DNA of 61,372 bases, the filler included, from Trichosphaerium sp. ATCC 40318 (lineage: Eukaryota; Protista; Tubulinea), in the NCBI GenBank assembly GCA_038496445.1. It is 3 parts of 3 records of this genome, joined end to end, with 100 filler letters (N's around TTAATTAATTAA, not from the genome) between each part and the next. Parts side by side here need not be neighbours in the genome. Positions count along the whole stretch, not along the records: positions 18,798 to 37,396 come from JALMLS010000264.1; 2 more parts are not named here. One strand, 5' to 3'. Below are positions 21,048-33,300 of the stretch, piece after piece. Positions within the stretch are counted from its first letter, which is position 1, and each line of letters opens with the position of its first letter. The position numbers and the translations under genes were made by a program. The notes beneath the pieces were generated by a model, which had not been told where the DNA came from, did not search any database, and worked only from the letters and a program-made list of their open reading frames with translations.

Positions 21048-23337
21048 ATGGGCAACTTCAAATCTAAAAAAAAGCCTCTAAATCAAAGACATCGTAAAGA
21101 TAATCAGAAACGTGTGCTACTCGTAGGTATGACAGTGGTAGCTATTTATAGATAGCTATACACAATTTTTGTTGGCTTTCGAAATAACATCAAAACTTAG
21201 GACCTAGCATGAGTGGTACTTGTTCAGAATCGTTTTAGAGTTAATGTGATTTACCGAAAACGTGTTTAGGGAAATCAAAGCTTCTGTTGCAGTTTAGACT
21301 CTTAAAAGAGGAAAAATTAACCCCTAGGGACCATCAGCATTACAATAACCTGGGTATATTATTTATACAGAGGTTCTTACGAGTTTTATCTGCACAACCT
21401 GAATTTTCAACTCTGGACAGCGTAAGATACATCTAAAGCACTAAATAGTAATATATGACATAAAATAGACGACACAAGATATGGTGAAGTCGTTTTTAGA
21501 TATGAATGATTACACATGGACACAACAACACATTGACGCTTTAAAACAGTATTAATATTTTTATTTTCTAAGTCAATCTCTTTGTGAACTAGGCTAGGTT
21601 GAAAGACAACGAAGAATTCATGAACATGATTTTGTATACTGACTTTAAATGTATCGTTTTATCCTGTAAGAAAAACATGAAAGCGTGAGTGGATTGTTAA
21701 CATTATGATACCTTTGTTTTAACTTTTTTTTTTCTAAGCTACATTGATTCAATTTGCTCTCAAACTGCAGATTCTTTCGTTGTGACTTATGAACAAAGGC
21801 TTAATTACCATATACATTCTGTCGGCATTTATGAGCTAGAAGGTGAACTTGATGGTACTGAATATAGATTGGGGGATGTTGGAGGTTTGTTTTTTAAAGT
21901 CTTTGTTTTCTTTTCTGCATATCAAATCCTTCTAGGAAGTCGTATGGAGAGAATACGGTGGATATATGTTTTAGATGGCGTGGATTATTTAATCTATTGT
22001 ATGTCTCTTGATAGGTGAGTGCATATTGTGTTATGTAATTGACCCTTCTCTCAAAAAAGTTACTTGTACTACGTTTGGGAAGATGATACAATTAATGCGT
22101 TTGATGAGTCATTGGAAATACTCAAAGGTCTAATACAAAGTTCAAATGTCAATGCTCCTATTGTCCTTGTATTAACAAAACTTGACTTGTTTGAGGAAGA
22201 GATACAAAACCATCCGGAAAAGTTTAGAGAGTTCTTCCCTGATTACAAAGGTACCAACCCGTTTACCCATGTAGCTTATACATATAATAGGAACAACAAT
22301 GAATACATATGATTGTGCCATGCACGTGTTCAATGTCATTTGTTCAAGACTAGATAACTCAGCATGTTTTCTTGGTGCTACTTTTACATCTTTGATAGAA
22401 AATCCTAACGCAATATCATGTGTTTTAAGGCTAACCTCAGGGAAAGGAGACGTCAGTAGTGACACAGGAAAAGAATTTTCACCATGTAAGTATAATATTA
22501 AACCTTTCATAAATACACTAATCATGCCATAGTATCATCCATCCAGCCTTTAATGTTTCCAAGAAAAACATCAACACTGTTACTTGATGTTGCAAAATTA
22601 AGCCAAGAAATATATGCCAACATGAATGCAGATAATGCCTTTATTTGTTCCATACGCAAATACGGAGCTTGTAAACATAAATCCAAACTTCTAACATCCC
22701 TCAAAAAGCTGTACAAATCAGAGACTCAAGACTTTGATATTAATACTGGCAAAGATTGTATTAAATGTCACAAGGTTAATCCTTACCTAATTTTTTGCTT
22801 CTACTTATGCAATTCAACTAGGCGATATTGATGTGCCGAGCTACATTTTTTGAAGGAGCTATTCTTTCTAATAATCTTGGGACGAATGGTGACGAAAATA
22901 CAAGCATTAGCTTAGAAGAAGATGTGTTCATTATCAAAACTTTTATCCACTTTGCATACCTTGATGACATACCTCCTAATCTTGATTTGGATACTCTATT
23001 AAAGCTCTTAAAATTCTCAGATAAGTATTGTATAGATTCCCTACAATCTGTTGTGATATTCTATGTTTTTAATCATAGTACACGTGATAAGACTACTACC
23101 AGCGACGAAGATTATTATCTTTCAAAAATGAGTGAATTTCTTGATTATGGATTATTGGGATGCAACTCGTTCATCATTAGCAATATAACTTCCTGGTTTC
23201 TCTGTCAGGAATCTAAAACGCTAAATAGGTTTCTTAACAAACACAAGGATACTATTGCAGTAAAACATCTCTTAGATCAAACTCTTCTGGTGCTACACGA
23301 CACTGATGAACCTTCAGCAAAGAACATACCCAAATAA
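21048..23337 (+). CDS. Divergent heterotrimeric G-alpha fused to a C-terminal BTB/POZ domain (multi-exon)
   Basis: MG start, G1 LLVGPSMSGKS, G3 DVGGSRMERIRW, VWEDDTINAFDESL and G4 VLTKLDLF. In-frame splicing continues to the BTB segment LKKLY..DFDI...IKCHKAILMCRATFFEG...FIHFAYLD...LLKFSDKYCIDSL. Confidence 0.85.
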
Positions 23338-23551
23338 GCGTACTGACAATAAAGCACACACACAGTAATTAAATTATTCGTAATGCAGCAGTACGCCAAG
23401 CTAAGGTGTATACTAAAAAGAGGCAACATGGTTTTTTTTTGGACATTTTTCTGTTGTCTACCAAGTTCCTAAATACACTTGAGAGGCTGAACGGGTGCTC
23501 TGCTTGGCTCTAGGAGTGGTTGTTTTGCGCTGTAAGCTTCTAACAATCAAA

Positions 23552-23623
23552 GCCTGTGTAGCTCAATGGCAGAGCAATGGCCTTCGAAGCCAGAGGTTGC
23601 GGGTTCGATCCCCGTCATAGGCT
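23552..23623 (+). tRNA. tRNA-Arg(UCG)
   Basis: Acceptor stem GCCTGTG/CATAGGC, D arm GCTC...GAGC, anticodon loop CT-TCG-AA and T loop GGTTCGATCC. Confidence 0.93.
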
Positions 23624-23930
23624 ATATTTCTTTTATTGCAAACCATAAAAGTGTGCTAAGTTGAACGGCTTCTACACTAGCAAGAATTGGGAGCTGTTGG
23701 TAATCGCAGAGGCAGAAAGGCAACTTTTTTATTTTTTACAAAACAGACGTCTGTCAAACTTTGTAAGTGTACTGAACTTTCGAGGTTTTAGGTATTATTT
23801 AATGTGGCCGTCTTTGGCCGTTGTTGGTAGAACTTAGTTGACCAATACGGCAAAAACTAAAAACACGTGTAGAGCCATTTGTTTAATCACCTTGCAGGTC
23901 TACCAACCTCAATAAAATACAGCATACCAA

Positions 23931-25385
23931 ATGGGTAATTCTACACAAACGTTTACGGGAGACAAAATAAATGCGAACGGTACTACATATATAGAGGCAA
24001 ATGAATTAAAGCATACTGGCGTATTTAAAGATAACATCTTCAATGGCAAGGGAGAGAAGATAGAGCCGGATGGAACAAAGTACATTGGCGAATTTAAAAA
24101 TTACAATTGCGATGGCAAGGGAGAATATACAGAGCCAAATGGATTAAAGTATGTCGGTGAATTTAAAGATAACAAGTTTCATGGCAAAGGTGAATACACA
24201 CAACCAGATGGACCAAGTTATGTTGGTAAATTTAAGAACAACAAACTTATCAGCGGAGAGAAAACATGGTCAGACGGGACGAAATATATACACATACAAG
24301 AAGACAACAACACTAGCTCTGGATGTGTTTATTTTCTTGATGGTACATTATGGAACCTCCAAATAGAAAAAAAAAGATTATCAAGGATTGCAAACTAACA
24401 CTTCCCTACAATAAAACAACAGAAGCTAAATGGATAGAAGAGGAAAACAAACTGATAACAGTTTTTGACGAGTACAAAGTGACCTTCAACCGATTCACAC
24501 GCCAGATTCCCAAAAAGGTATATGTTGGCAAAAATAAATCAGTGTTGCCATCAAATTGGACATGTGATCAAGTGTTACATGTTCTCTACGGGATTGAGCC
24601 AAAGATTGTTGATGTATTGAAGCAAAAACAATTAAGGTACAACCCAATACAATGATTTTTACTTTATTTACTTATAAAAAGTGGACAAGAGTTTTTGAAA
24701 CTAGACATGGAAACACTATCACAGTTTAAAGTACCTTCGGAATACAAGACAAAAATTCTAGAATACATCAAGGACTTGAAGCTAGGAACGAACTAAAAGT
24801 ACATGTAATTTTATGTTATATTTTAGACTTCAAGATAGGTAAGCTGGAACCAATACAGCCATCGGAATTAAAATCAAACCCAAACAACTTCTTGTCAAAA
24901 GCCTTGGTTGATCCGGAACATGAATATAAAAAATTTGGAGACACAGTCGAAGATATCAATATTGTTCAAGATGTTGTGGAGGAACTTAAAAGGCAACATG
25001 AAGAAAACAAGTTTATGAATTCACAGTTGTCACAAAAATCATGGATCAATAAACCAGACTTTTCAGTTGTCAATGTCTTGGTGCGCTTATTCTCCTACTT
25101 ATTTTGTGCTAAAACGTTCAATAGCCACTTTCTACTCTACCAGAGCACAATGACGAACCCATTGATCCTGCTCAGATACCAACAATACCTGAATCAGGAA
25201 TCGATTGGCATTTAGCACTGGTAAAAAGGGGCTTTTCAAGTGACAGAGCTCAACAGATTGGGTCTTTGATGAATGAAGCAGGGGTACAGCTTGCTGATAT
25301 TGACATATGTTTGTTAAAAGAACTTGGATTCACTGCATTAGAACGTGTTAAAGTAATCAAAGCCAAGCGAGAAAACAAAATATAA
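23931..25385 (+). CDS. MORN-repeat protein with SAM-like domain(s); apparent frameshift in the A-run near 24370
   Basis: Repeats of Y.GEFK...F.GKG.Y..P.G. The SAM-like segment reads PSNWTCDQV...LSGQEFLKLDMETLSQFKVP...KILEYIKDLK. Confidence 0.7.
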
Positions 25386-25785
25386 CTATCTATGGCAAAC
25401 AAATTAATAAAAGTAATGATAATGCTGCTCTTTAAATAGCACTTACAACTTCTCCAAACCCACAAATTTTATTTTAAGGTCTTTCGTTGCACCTTTTTCT
25501 ATCACTCATGTCCAATGGCACCAACAGACTATGTACTATTGATTTTTATTTTTTCACATTAGAATCTTACTATACAACTTTTTACTTGAGTATGTATCAG
25601 TCGCTTTCGTCAGAGATCTGACCCGCATAACTAATAACAACAGAAAAATTATAGGAACTTGAGCGTTATCATCTAATAATCCTTCTGTTTGAGCTGCAAG
25701 CTTGATACTTTAGACGTAGATTTTGATATCTATTTTGCCTTGATGTCAATTTCGATCCTTCCGATAAGGTGAGAAAAAAATACCT

Positions 25786-28700
25786 TTAGCCGAAAGGACG
25801 AAGGAGACAAAAAAGAGTTGTAAAATCTTGTGGATGGAGAAGCTCGAAAGAAGGTATATTGACTTCACAAAACAAATGACAATAAATGTATGTGGTGCAA
25901 ATAAACTTGCTTCGTTTTATAGAACAGTTGACCCAGGCATGTTCTTACTGATGCCTCTGCTATTTAGATGTTTCGAGCAAAGTATAGCTCCTCGTTGAGC
26001 CATGCGTACAGGTGATGGAATCGAAATAGGATCTAACGAAGAAAATAAGACAAAAAGTTGAAATACAAATTGATATGTGTTGTACTGTTCATGTTAAAGT
26101 ATAGCAAACAGAGGCCATATGTTAGCTGTACGATAACGTTTTGATCAAACTGAGCAATAGTAGTATCAAATAAAGTCTCATAGCGTGTTGGACGAGCCAA
26201 CTGCTTGGTGTCTTTAACCTACAAAAAAATTAAATTAGGCTTAGAAGCATCAAAACTCAAATAATAGCCGTACAGTTTTCCCAACGTGAGATTGTAGAAT
26301 AAATCCACGTTGTGGCCAATGTGTTATAGGTGCGACTAAGTTATCACTGTCTTCGCTGTCCGCTTCTTGATTTACCATAGCGTGAGGATCACCATCACTA
26401 TGTGTTATATTTTCAGAATATATACCCTCTTCAACTGCACGAAGAGATGCTTCTGGTGTAGTTTTCTCAACAAACAATGCATTTCGTATTTTGACCAAGT
26501 GAGTGTCTATTAGAGTGCCTGGTTCGAGGTTATCAACATTAGTTCCTAAAGAAGTACATAAGTATTTGTTACAACTGAAATTGAAGAAAAACGAAACTTA
26601 TTGTTTTTCACTCACCTCTTTGTGTAACTGCCATGATACGTGTTTTGATACGTGCAATGACGCAAATATACTGCATTGTTATAACTTGGTTTCCATTGGC
26701 AGTCACATTGTAAGTCTAGGAATCAAAGTGAATGATACAAGAAGAATCGAGAACACGCTTTACCTTTACCAGATTGGCAATACTATTAATTTCAGCATCT
26801 CTGCCTCTCACGCCTCCTTCACTATTTTTATTAGTGGGAACATGTGTGTATTATTATAGAAGCATACCGGTATATTATAAGGTATTTTGGATAACCTCCA
26901 GTAGCAGCTTTATGACCTAAGACAGCTTAACATTTCAAAAAAAATAGTGTTTTAATTTCATGCGTTCAAAGGCATTCTCAAACCATTCCTAAAGGTAAAA
27001 GGTATTAGCTAACTTGAGCGGATAAGCAATACATACCAATGAAACGTTTCCATCTGCTGCGGATGTGACTTGTTTAGAGTATACAACCTCACTTGGGTAT
27101 CCGCTGTCCCAACTTCCATACATCGTAAACCTAAAAGATAAGTGAGTTTTTCTGAACATTCGAACACCACGCACATGCATAACCACCGTTTACCGCCTGT
27201 ACTTGAACCAGCGATCCCGCATATTATCATACTAGATAAGAACTTGCTTTTGATACTAGGATGACCCCAGTCCGTTATCTTCCAAGGTAATCCACCCAAC
27301 TTTCTTACAACCTAGATAACAATTATCAATGGAGATTTGTTTAACGAAAAAGCGCCTCAGACGTGCCTGAATACATAACTTTTGTAGAGCTATATGGTTA
27401 AAGAGTACACTAAAAGGAACGATATATGAGCAAGAAAACTTTGATATAACAAAACCATGTGAAAGAAAATAGTACCTTGCATGAACACATTGAGAGACAA
27501 CATTGTAATGGTCAAGTTTTTCCTTTATGACTCTATAGAGGTGATCGTTATCACCTTTTCTACCAGAAAAAATAACGAGAACAAATCTGTATTTGGCCCC
27601 GCTGTCAAGCTCTTTGTTCAACTTGCCTTCTAATCTAAAAAAGATATCTAATTAGTATCTTTTTTGTCAAACTTTTTCTCTTACTCATTATTTTTAAACA
27701 CAACCACTTTAGTTTGGTCGTTAGCTATCATTCCATACTCTTTCATTTTTTTAAAAAAGCTATTCTCACTATTTTTAGCACGACTAGTGACAAAAACAAT
27801 CCAAGGATCTCTATAGTCCAATCCCCTCGAAACGGTGTTTTGATCCCAATGAGTTGTTTTGGGATCTACTCTTTTTGAATTACGTGGCGCCATCTCTAGC
27901 CTAGATACAAACATTATTGTTGTTGGTATAAATATGTGAACAATTTTAAGTAAAACGCACGTGATTGGGTTAATATAAACACCGTCAAACTGTACAGGAG
28001 CATCCTCAATGGTAAAGTTCCATTCATTGAGATCTCCTCCCTTTGATTCCCGCAACATATTTGCATTGTTTTTTATGACATCATATCTGTGACGTGCATC
28101 AATCTTTGTAAAACTATCCATTTCTTTTATATCCTGTGGACTAACACTCCAATTAGGTACAAAAGCAACACTATTCCCATTGACCATTAGCACGTACCTT
28201 AGGTTACCAATGATAGTGCATAATTGAGGTAGGTACCTCGTACTCTTGTCATTCTTTCTAGCTGGACTGCAAAAAAAGGTGAGAAAGAAGGAAGTGACCA
28301 TTGGTGTATTTTACGCACACTATCAATGGTTGAGTAACATCAATTTTTATTTTATATGTATTATAGTAGTACTCTTCAAAGGTAAGTGAGTTCTCATCCT
28401 CACTGTCAATTCTGAGTTCGTTCAATGGTATACGCTTGTGAAAGTCCAAGGATCTGTAAATCGAGAAGGTAAGTATGATAAGGCAAAGGTAAGAAAACAC
28501 GTACTCTGCAAAAAAAGATACTCTACGCTTGCCGTAGTTTGTCACCATTTGCTTATGAGAAATGAAGTCCCTCAATTTTCTGTTGTGAGGAAGGTCATCA
28601 ACCTTACCTATTGTATACAGTTAGCTTAAACATGTGGAAGTACAAGTACTAACCATATTCTTTGATTGTGTCCCACACAGTCTCTACAGGTAAGAAGTAA

Positions 28701-29899
28701 GTAACGTCACCTAGAGACAAGCAAAAAAAAAAACTCACGTGTTTTAAGACACTTGTAGATATTGTCAATAAATATTAAATCTACATCAGCGCAAACAAAA
28801 CCACGCCCGCGGTAAGGTGCTGTTGCACCTTCATAAATATCCATGTATCTCATTTTTTTCACTGGATTTTCCCTCAATTGGTCACGTCCTAATCTCAATG
28901 GAAATTTTTTGCCAAGCAGCTTAAACAAGAACAGTATTAGAACCTTATCTGCTCGTTAACTATGAATAAACGTACCATTCTCAGTATTGAGTTGATGATG
29001 TGGCTCCTAGCTGCAGCATTCGTATTAACATCAACTGTAGCTTGAACTCTAGGAAATAGTCTCTTTTTCCTGGGACACCTTTCAGTTGCGCATCTATAAA
29101 ATGAATGAGTAGAGGACATGTTAATGTAAAAAAAATGAAAGCAAAGTAAAGTAGTACAGCGTGACCCCTCTTAAAAGCAAATGTGGCTGATAAACGTACT
29201 TGGCAAGGTTGCATCTTCCTTTAGAAGATACAAGTTTCTACCACCCATTATCCAACTACAAGATAACTAAATACACAATATCTAACACTTGCTAATACGC
29301 ACGGGGTATTTGGTATATTGTTATTGATCCATACTGAAACCAAGATTGAGAGTAGTCTCATCGAATAGATCATAGGCTAAAAAAACGTGTTCATCAAAAA
29401 TGGATTAAACGATAACACGTGCGTACCTGTATTTCGATAGAATACATCTGTATTGCACATTTGGGCTTGATATGCACCTTGAATGCATTTGACACTAGCC
29501 ACACAGTTTTTTTTGGCTCACATTTATACAAAAACGACTTTTTTACTTCGTCTTCATCAACGTCATAATCTGAGTCGTAGTATGTATACTACATACAAGT
29601 AAGCAGAGAAAGACATTGTGTTCATTCGTACCTCCGGCTCATATCTTATTCGGTCATATTTACCTTTAAAAAAAAAGTACATGACATAAGGTGATGACTT
29701 AAAACTGTGGTTGAAAGAACACAAACGTACCATCCAAATCGAGAGGCGGCATTTGGTTTCTTCCAGGCCTTGGTCCTCGCCAACTGCCTCTACCACCTCT
29801 ACCACCTCGGCCGCCTCTGCCGCTTCTGGCACCTCTATCACCCCCGCCTCTCTCTGGAGCTCTTCCTCGTGGGGGGTAGGGTTCGAACCTACGTGCCAT
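25786..29899 (-). CDS. Piwi-like Argonaute with an RGG-rich N-terminus and substituted catalytic residues (multi-exon)
   Basis: RGG tail, PAZ (TFEEYYYNTYKIKI...QPLI...YLPQLC), MID (YRVIK...VVSQCV...RKLGGLPW) and PIWI (ARPTRYETL, QLTYGLCLLYFN, SIPSPVRMA). The last exon is inferred; an alternative stop lies at 25917. Confidence 0.92.
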
Positions 29900-30376
29900 A
29901 CTAATACGTTTTAGTGAGAAAAAACCGTTGGGAACAAGTTCACAAATTCGTACGTACGACTACCTTTTTGCTGTACACTTATTCCTGAACCTGTTTACCG
30001 TTGACTCTATCGCAAACAGTGAGTAGTACCTTTTAGCATTATGTCCAACGTACCTTCTTGTAGTGTGTTTCGCTCTAATACTGAGGTTTTGGAGACCGCT
30101 AGTAACAAGTTGTGTCACTAAAATAAACGGTTTTTGTTTACATAAGTCACTGTTAAGTTAAGGAGTACGTAACTTGTATTATACACTTCATAACAAGCTT
30201 CTGAGAGTCTAAACTAAAAAACGTGTTTCTTGAATTTGGAACCTGGAAGATTGTACTTGCTTTTTTTTTTGTTTATCATTTATTATTATTCTACAAAGTT
30301 GCTTTGTACATGAGAATTGGAAAATTTGCTTATTCAAGCAAGCAACAAGAACAAAATCCTCATGTTTTTTTTTGGT

Positions 30377-33300
30377 TTAATTGTATTTTTGCATAAACTC
30401 ATAGAAAGAGAATTCACCTGGAGCTAACCCGTAAGCATATACATACCGACTAGCTAAGTGAGCACTAAGTAGTGCAGCAATATAAGCTTCTGGTACACGC
30501 TCAACAACCTTATCAAGTCCAATAAGGTCAAGAAGAAGTTTTGGAATAGCTTCTTCAAGAACCTTTTGTTTTGTCTTAGGATTACTCCAAAGGGAAGACT
30601 CTGTTATTGTCTGGTTCAATGCATTAATCTTTGCTGATACAGCATCAGATAGTACACACATTGGGCGACCAGATATTTGGTGCTCATTCCAGATACACTC
30701 GCTAAAAGAACAAGTAAGAAAACAATCCGATTTTTTTGAAGGAAAAAAACAAAGAAAGAAGAAGAGGTCTTTTTGCTTTTCGGTTTGTGTTGAAAGTTAC
30801 TCGTACAATTCATCTCTGGCATTATCCTCAATACGTTTTTGTGTTTCTTTGACATAATCACCATAAAATTTAGGAGCGACACCATCCTTAACACACATAT
30901 GCTAGAGCAAAAGGTTAATACTTTTACTTTGAAAAACCAAAAAAAAACATACTTCTTTATGCTCTTCATCAATTAGCGCAAGCGCTGCCAATACTTCCAT
31001 TGAAGAAGATGTAACACCACCCTTATTCGCAGATGCATCCTTCAATACTGGAATACCTTGTTCTTCAATCTTAAGTCTAGCTTCTTGAGTCAAGAACAAG
31101 TTGGCGCCCTCAACAATATTACTAAAGAGAGGCTTTCCATTGTTTCCAGTCAACACCTTAACAACATACGTCAGTACACCCTCAAAATGAGTGACTTTGT
31201 AACGTACCTTGGAGACATTGTTGATGTTAATGGATTCAGGTCTACCGCCACAAGGAACGAAAAAGTCGCAAGCAGCGTATTTTGTCAAATGGAAGGTATT
31301 CCTCAAGGTCATACCGCTATGAACCTTTGTACCATCTGGTAGGGTAACATCCTTATCAGCAAGGAGTACAAGGAAACCATCTAGATGAATAAAGGTAAGA
31401 TAAAGGAGAAAACAATAAAAAAAAAGAGAACGAGGCTCTTTTTGACTTGCAAATTCTTCTCAAACAAGTTGTTCGTTTACGCTTTGTACGCACCTTTTGT
31501 TAGCTTGCTTCTGTCAAAGTGGTCAACCATTTGTCTAGCTTTAGCTAATCTAACGATTTCTTCCTTGTTGATACCTTGTGGATCATACAAGACACCAGCA
31601 CCATCAATGATGACTTTAGTCTTATCTTCTGATAACAAAATCTCATTTGAACCAAGATCTCCATCAGGTCCGCCTGTTTGTACTTTAAGTTGATCTTGTG
31701 CCTTAATACCCTTTTTGCGCATAATACCAAGAACATATTGACGGACAGAGCGTGTAGTCATACCTGTACAAGACAATATTAGAATTAAATAATTTTTTCG
31801 TTTTTTGATAAAAAAGTGACGACAGCGTCAACATACCGTATCTGTCATGTGGAATACCGCCAAGAGATTCTGATTTACCAGTGGTAAAGGCAGTCCAGTA
31901 TCTGTATCCTCGTGATTTAGCATGAAGAGCAGCCCAGTCCATGAGATCTAAATCAAAGTTGTCAGTTATAAAATCTTAAGAGACTTCTAGGATTTTTTTG
32001 GAACGCACCGGCTGTTCCTTCATCAGGTCCACAAAATACGTATTCGATTTTATCGTAGTGATTAACAATATCCTCATCACCATCACTCTCAGCGAGCAAG
32101 ATATCAAGTATACTATCAATATACTTACGGAAAGCAACAGTAGCCTTGTCTTGGTGTGCCATTGACAACAGAATTGTACCTACAGATCAGTTAAGTCATA
32201 GAACAGCTTAAATTGGGTTGAAAAGAAAAAAAACAACGAGTGTAGCTTACCCTTTGAACCACCTTCTGGGATATCCTTATTCTTTTTAAACTGAGTTAAT
32301 GCGAGATTGTAGTTCTCATCAAATACTTTCTCTACATTTCTCAAGAATTGATGCTCATTTCTAGATTTGATCATACGAATACCACCACGAGCAATATCAG
32401 AGAATCTAATATGGAATCCTCTGAATTCTGCACCAATAAATTGGAATACAGCATAAGGAACCTCTGGGTAGTCATTCTCAAGGAAACTTGGTTCGAATCG
32501 AAGCTTTTAAAGAGATTAGAGGTTGATTCTGTAGATTTTTGTAGATTGGCGTACCGAGAGTGCGGCTTTGTTTCTCTTGTAGAAATTCGTGATTTGTAAG
32601 TGAGAGTTGAGGGTTAGGAAAGCCTAACAGAAGAAATTAGAGAAAGTAGATACACATGCACTACGCACAGTCAAGATTTCTCTGTCTAGAACATCACCGA
32701 CTTCACGATTAATTTTAGTGCAGATCTCGTCATTCCAAACAGGTTTTGGAGGTGTTTCACCGTTTGCGCGTGGCTTAAAGTGGTGCTCGAAATCAGCGTA
32801 TAGTTCTTTAATCAGACCAACGTTGTTGAAGATAGCTTGTTTGCAACGACTCTACAAGTTCAGTTAATACCTCGTAGTTTAAAACAACTTATTCTATGTT
32901 ACCTCAGTTGCTGCTTCACTTCTGATACGCTTACGAAGGCGAATCAAGCGATCTTTGTATGTAGGTTTATCACTTAACTCATCCCAAAGCAACTTAAACT
33001 CATCAGATTGTTTGTTTAAGAAATGGTACGAGAATTTCCATCCGGCATAGGCGTATACGACCTTAAATAGTAGTTAGTTTAGTTGCTTTGTCTGTGAGGA
33101 ATAAGGGCATACCTCTTCAGGTTGTAGTTGACCACCTTCTAATAGAGGGAAGAGGGATGTCCTCGGTAGAATGAACAAGAAGTTGACTTGAGTCATAAAG
33201 TTATCAACAGCAGGAAGAGAGCTCTCATCTTCACACTCAATGTAAAGCATGTATACGGAGATATCATTAGAGAAGTTCTCAACAAACTTTGACCTTGCTG

